Below, one piece after another: positions 60,351-64,000 of a DNA stretch of 64,000 bases. The position numbers and the translations under genes are program-made. Origin of the DNA: Iphione sp. A-MEVVRFRX5 (lineage: Eukaryota); the NCBI GenBank assembly GCA_976226885.1, contig OZ320319.1:80724001-80788000 (forward strand), given 5' to 3'. Positions within the stretch are counted from its first letter, which is position 1; the number at the start of each line of letters is the position of its first letter. The notes beneath the pieces are model-generated. The model worked only from the letters and a program-made list of their open reading frames with translations. It searched no databases and was not told the DNA's origin.

Positions 60351-63300
60351 TATGTCTTCGACTTAACCATAAAGCCGTGTAGTCTTCAGGTCTAGTTCTG
60401 CTGGCTGTATTAGTGTTTGCTTTGGGGGGGGGGTTCTTTTTATATCTGTGCACCTTGAGTAGAGTGTAATAATTTTGGCTCGATTTCTCGGATGTGGAGA
60501 CACAAGAGTTCATATAAATCTGAGGAACGATTGCACATGGCTGTAGTCAGAGAGGTGCAGATAGAGATAATATATTTCATTGAGTTCTCCGTTTTCAAGT
60601 CCACTATTATCTGGCCACTCTGTGAACAATACCCAAGAAGCTGTTCACTTCATGTAGCGTTGCTTGCTTGCTACTTTGCATAATATAACGCGATCTCAAC
60701 TAAATGTATTAAGACGTTATTGTAATACTAGACCCTGTGCAACTCAGCATCTGAAGTGTATAGCAGATGCTTGACGGGGTCTTCCCAGTTTCTGTCCAAC
60801 TGAACCGATGGTTCGAAGATTGTCACCAAGTCAGGTATATTACCATGAGAAAACTGTTATCTCTCGGTGGAGACATAAACATCACAGCAATTGTAACACA
60901 TTGCTAAATAATATCGAACAATAGACAGAAACAAGTCCAACATTCACCACCATAACAATAGTCTGTTAGGTGTGTGTTACAAATATTCATACTTAGAATA
61001 TTGAATCGTTTTAGTGCATTTTTAAAAAGGTTTTTCTAAGTTCTGCCTGGAAGGAATACCATGCATTGGCTTTTCGTGTATTACTGTTGTTGAGTCAAAG
61101 CTTTATTACTGACATCAGTAGAACAACCTTTTCTTTACTTTTGCTTTTTTTGTTTTTGTTTTTGGGGGGAACCCGAATAAATAAATACAGATTTTTGTTC
61201 CTTTTCAAGGAAGACCACATCCACCGAGGAATCAGTGATTGTGTTTACGTTCATTGCAAAAGAGATAATGCAGACTGCATGAGAATGATCTTGAGAGAAA
61301 ATATGTTTTGCATGTTTGTTTTCTTCTTAAGGCTAACCTCTCGATAACTAGTCAGGATAGTGTTTCGATTGTGAAATATTCAAAGAATATGGGCAACTCT
61401 CCACCATAGTAAATGTCATATCAAGACAGGGATAAGAACTTAAGTAAATGCTACTTGTTAAAGCATAAAGACTTTTTGTAATGTGCCTTTAATGTTCCCC
61501 AACTTCAGCTTGTTTTTAAGACCAGTTAAAATGTTTGTCTCCCGTGGGATTTCCTCACTTCAGTTCCGTTTGATTACGTTGGAGAATTGAAGTGTGTTTT
61601 TCACCCTAGTCATGAAAGTCAGATTCTGTCCGTCATACGTGGACGCCTTTAAGAAGTTATTCTTAGAATAAGGATCTCACATACAAGGAAAATAAAACAC
61701 TCAAAGCAGTTCAGAAATTATAAATAGGCACAGCGCAGTCTTACTGCAAGTGATAAAACCAGTTAAGTTCAACCTCATAAGACTACAGAAAATCAAAAGG
61801 ACATGAAAATTGGCATGACTGACCACAGGAGTGCATTCTATCACCTACATGACAAATAATACCATATCATACGAATTTCATAGAGGCTTACTGAATTTTT
61901 CTCAGTCACTGTGATAACACAAACGAAGTCTAGTGTTATCTAAACAATCAAGGGGACCACTTAAAACTCATTAAAACTGCCACAGCCACTTAATCAGAGC
62001 ATTTAGGTACTTTAATCACAGGCAGTATAAAAATGTTGATAAATAGGACACACATTGTAACCTTCCCACATTACTGTGAGTAGCTTAGAAGTGCAGCTAT
62101 TGAGGGTTTACCTCTAGTAGGTAACTTGTTCTCATGGCTGACAAGCTTGTACACTTTGCAGGCAGCTATCATACCCCGAGTATGCTACTGACCTCGGACG
62201 AGGTTTAAAATGCCCTTGACCTGACCTGACCCGACCCAGACCACGACCTCTGTAGAGTCAGCCCTCATTTATCTGGATATCCAGCGTTATCAAATACATT
62301 ATGTGTTCACCTTTCATTACCAGAAGGGTTTCTGATCGCCGGGTTCCATGACTCAACCATGAGTCACTGGATCATTGTCAGTAGGTTGCCAAAGGTTTTT
62401 AGCCAAGAGTTGTCATTTGTGGTAGTTCACTCCTTTTCAAGAAAGAAGAGGGCAATATTACTGTCACAGTCGACTAGATTGCCACACCATGTAATAATGT
62501 CAGAATGATGCTACGACAGTGTTTACATTACAGTCTGAAAACTGTCATACTTGGTGCATTATTATGCGATTTGTCGATCAGTCACTGCAAATAAGGGGTG
62601 CTGAGCTTGTGCCACACCTGTAATTTGTGTCGCAGTCATAAAACAGAAGAACCGCTGCTTAATAGATTGTGTGTTTTTTTTTAAAAACATTCATTGTTGC
62701 AGCTTATATGGTTGGTAACAGGGACAATCCAGATAACTGAGGGTGGACTATAGCCTGATCATTGCTGCTATTTCTACCCAACCTGCCATTTGACATCAAT
62801 AGCAAATGCCAAACATGTCTGCTTCACGTAGTATTCCACCCATGTAACATATGTGCGAATATTCATAAATTCACAGTATTAACTCTACAGGATAGGCCAC
62901 TTCTGTAAGGCATCCAGTCAGGTTGGACCTACAGGCCTTATGCGTGCAATCCTCCCACCAGCAAATCCAATTGACCATCAAATACTGAAGGCCCACCATA
63001 GTACAGCATCACTTATCACACAGCTTAATTTATATAGAACAGCATGTTCTCCATATAATTGACCCACCCCTGGTGACAACTATTCCCTATCATGGGACCA
63101 AGAACTCCCAGTGATGGACAATGCTGCATAACCAGTGCTGAATGTTTAATTAGTGTCTGTACCGAATCGGAGCATTGGCATCTTAGCCATGCACAGTGTA
63201 CTAGGTGAGAAAAATTGGTTTAGTACATTCAACTTTTTAATAAACTTAGAAGGTTCATATTTTTGTTGAAAAGAAAGCATTGTGTTCTGTGGATAGACGG

Positions 63301-63521
63301 TGTGAAGTTTTGTACTATCAACCCACGGAACAATTATAAAAATGTTACAGTTCATTTCCGTTCTCAAGACATCGACAACAGTGAAGAAGTGTTGCAAAAT
63401 AGAAAGAGAGCTTTTCCTCAATTTGACCCTCTATACTAATGAGCATCATGACATTCAGCTCGCCCCCTATCCCAGAACAGCGTTGATATTGGCAGTGAGA
63501 GATACTTACCTGAGGCATATA

Positions 63522-64000
63522 CAGTAGAATCTTACTTTGCGACCACCACTTGGGTCGGCCCAAAATGGTCATAATATTGAATATGGTTGCAAAGCAATAA
63601 TTTGTATCCCTTTCTCCCTCTCTCTCCACATACATGTGCATACTCTCTGAAACGTCCAAAAAGTGCTGAATTGATGACTAAATGTCCAAAAAGTGCAGAA
63701 TTTGATGACTTAGAGTCTAAAAAGTGCTGAATTTGATGACTAAAAGTGACCAAAAGAGGTATGTCTCTCAGACATCAGCGAGGTCGCCTTTGACGCCTCC
63801 AACCTCTCCTACCACCCTCTCCAGGGTGAGAGACCATCAAAGACGTCACGGTTGACGCCCCCGGCAGGTATAGACCACGAATTGGCGGGTTTAGACTGAT
63901 TTCAAGGTGTGAGAGACCATCAAAGACGTCACAGTTGATGCCCGCGACCACTCCAGCCAATTCCTCCAGGGTGATAGACCATCAAAGACGTCGGCGGTCG
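63522..64000. mobile_element. Tigger-like MITE (runs off the window) sharing its internal core with 22960-23330
   Basis: Left end TA|CAGTAGAATCT. The AAAAGTGCTGAATTTGATGACT repeats and the CTCTCCAGGGTGAGAGACC..TTGACGCCCCCGG block are the reverse complement of 22975-23275. Confidence 0.65.

Overview
Eukaryotic (invertebrate metazoan-like) genomic DNA, dense in repeats, with nine short N blocks. One host gene can be fully reconstructed by hand: a + strand equilibrative nucleoside transporter (SLC29/ENT family, most like insect Ent2 as recalled from memory). It has 13 coding exons from 36904 to 58610 totalling 1479 nt (492 aa + stop), with GT-AG introns and matching phases at every junction. Its second coding intron holds an apparently intact, sense-oriented two-ORF LINE (L1-type ORF1; APE+RT ORF2; L2/CR1/Crack-like; poly-A tail). 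This LINE has an unusually long, hairpin-rich inter-ORF spacer containing an AUG-less ORF whose stop overlaps the ORF2 start (ATGATTGA). The most unusual host feature is tandem duplication of exon boundaries at three places in the ENT gene: two decayed upstream copies each of exon 8 and exon 12 (with their splice acceptors), and a minisatellite built from the exon 5 donor. The rest of the window consists of a 2.15-kb hAT-like element with a 6-bp TSD, several TA-flanked pogo/Tigger-like MITEs, a tRNA-Met-like SINE head or pseudogene, many decayed LINE endonuclease/RT fragments, and micro/minisatellites. No rRNA, intact tRNA or CRISPR array is supported. All alignments were done by eye; no searches were run.
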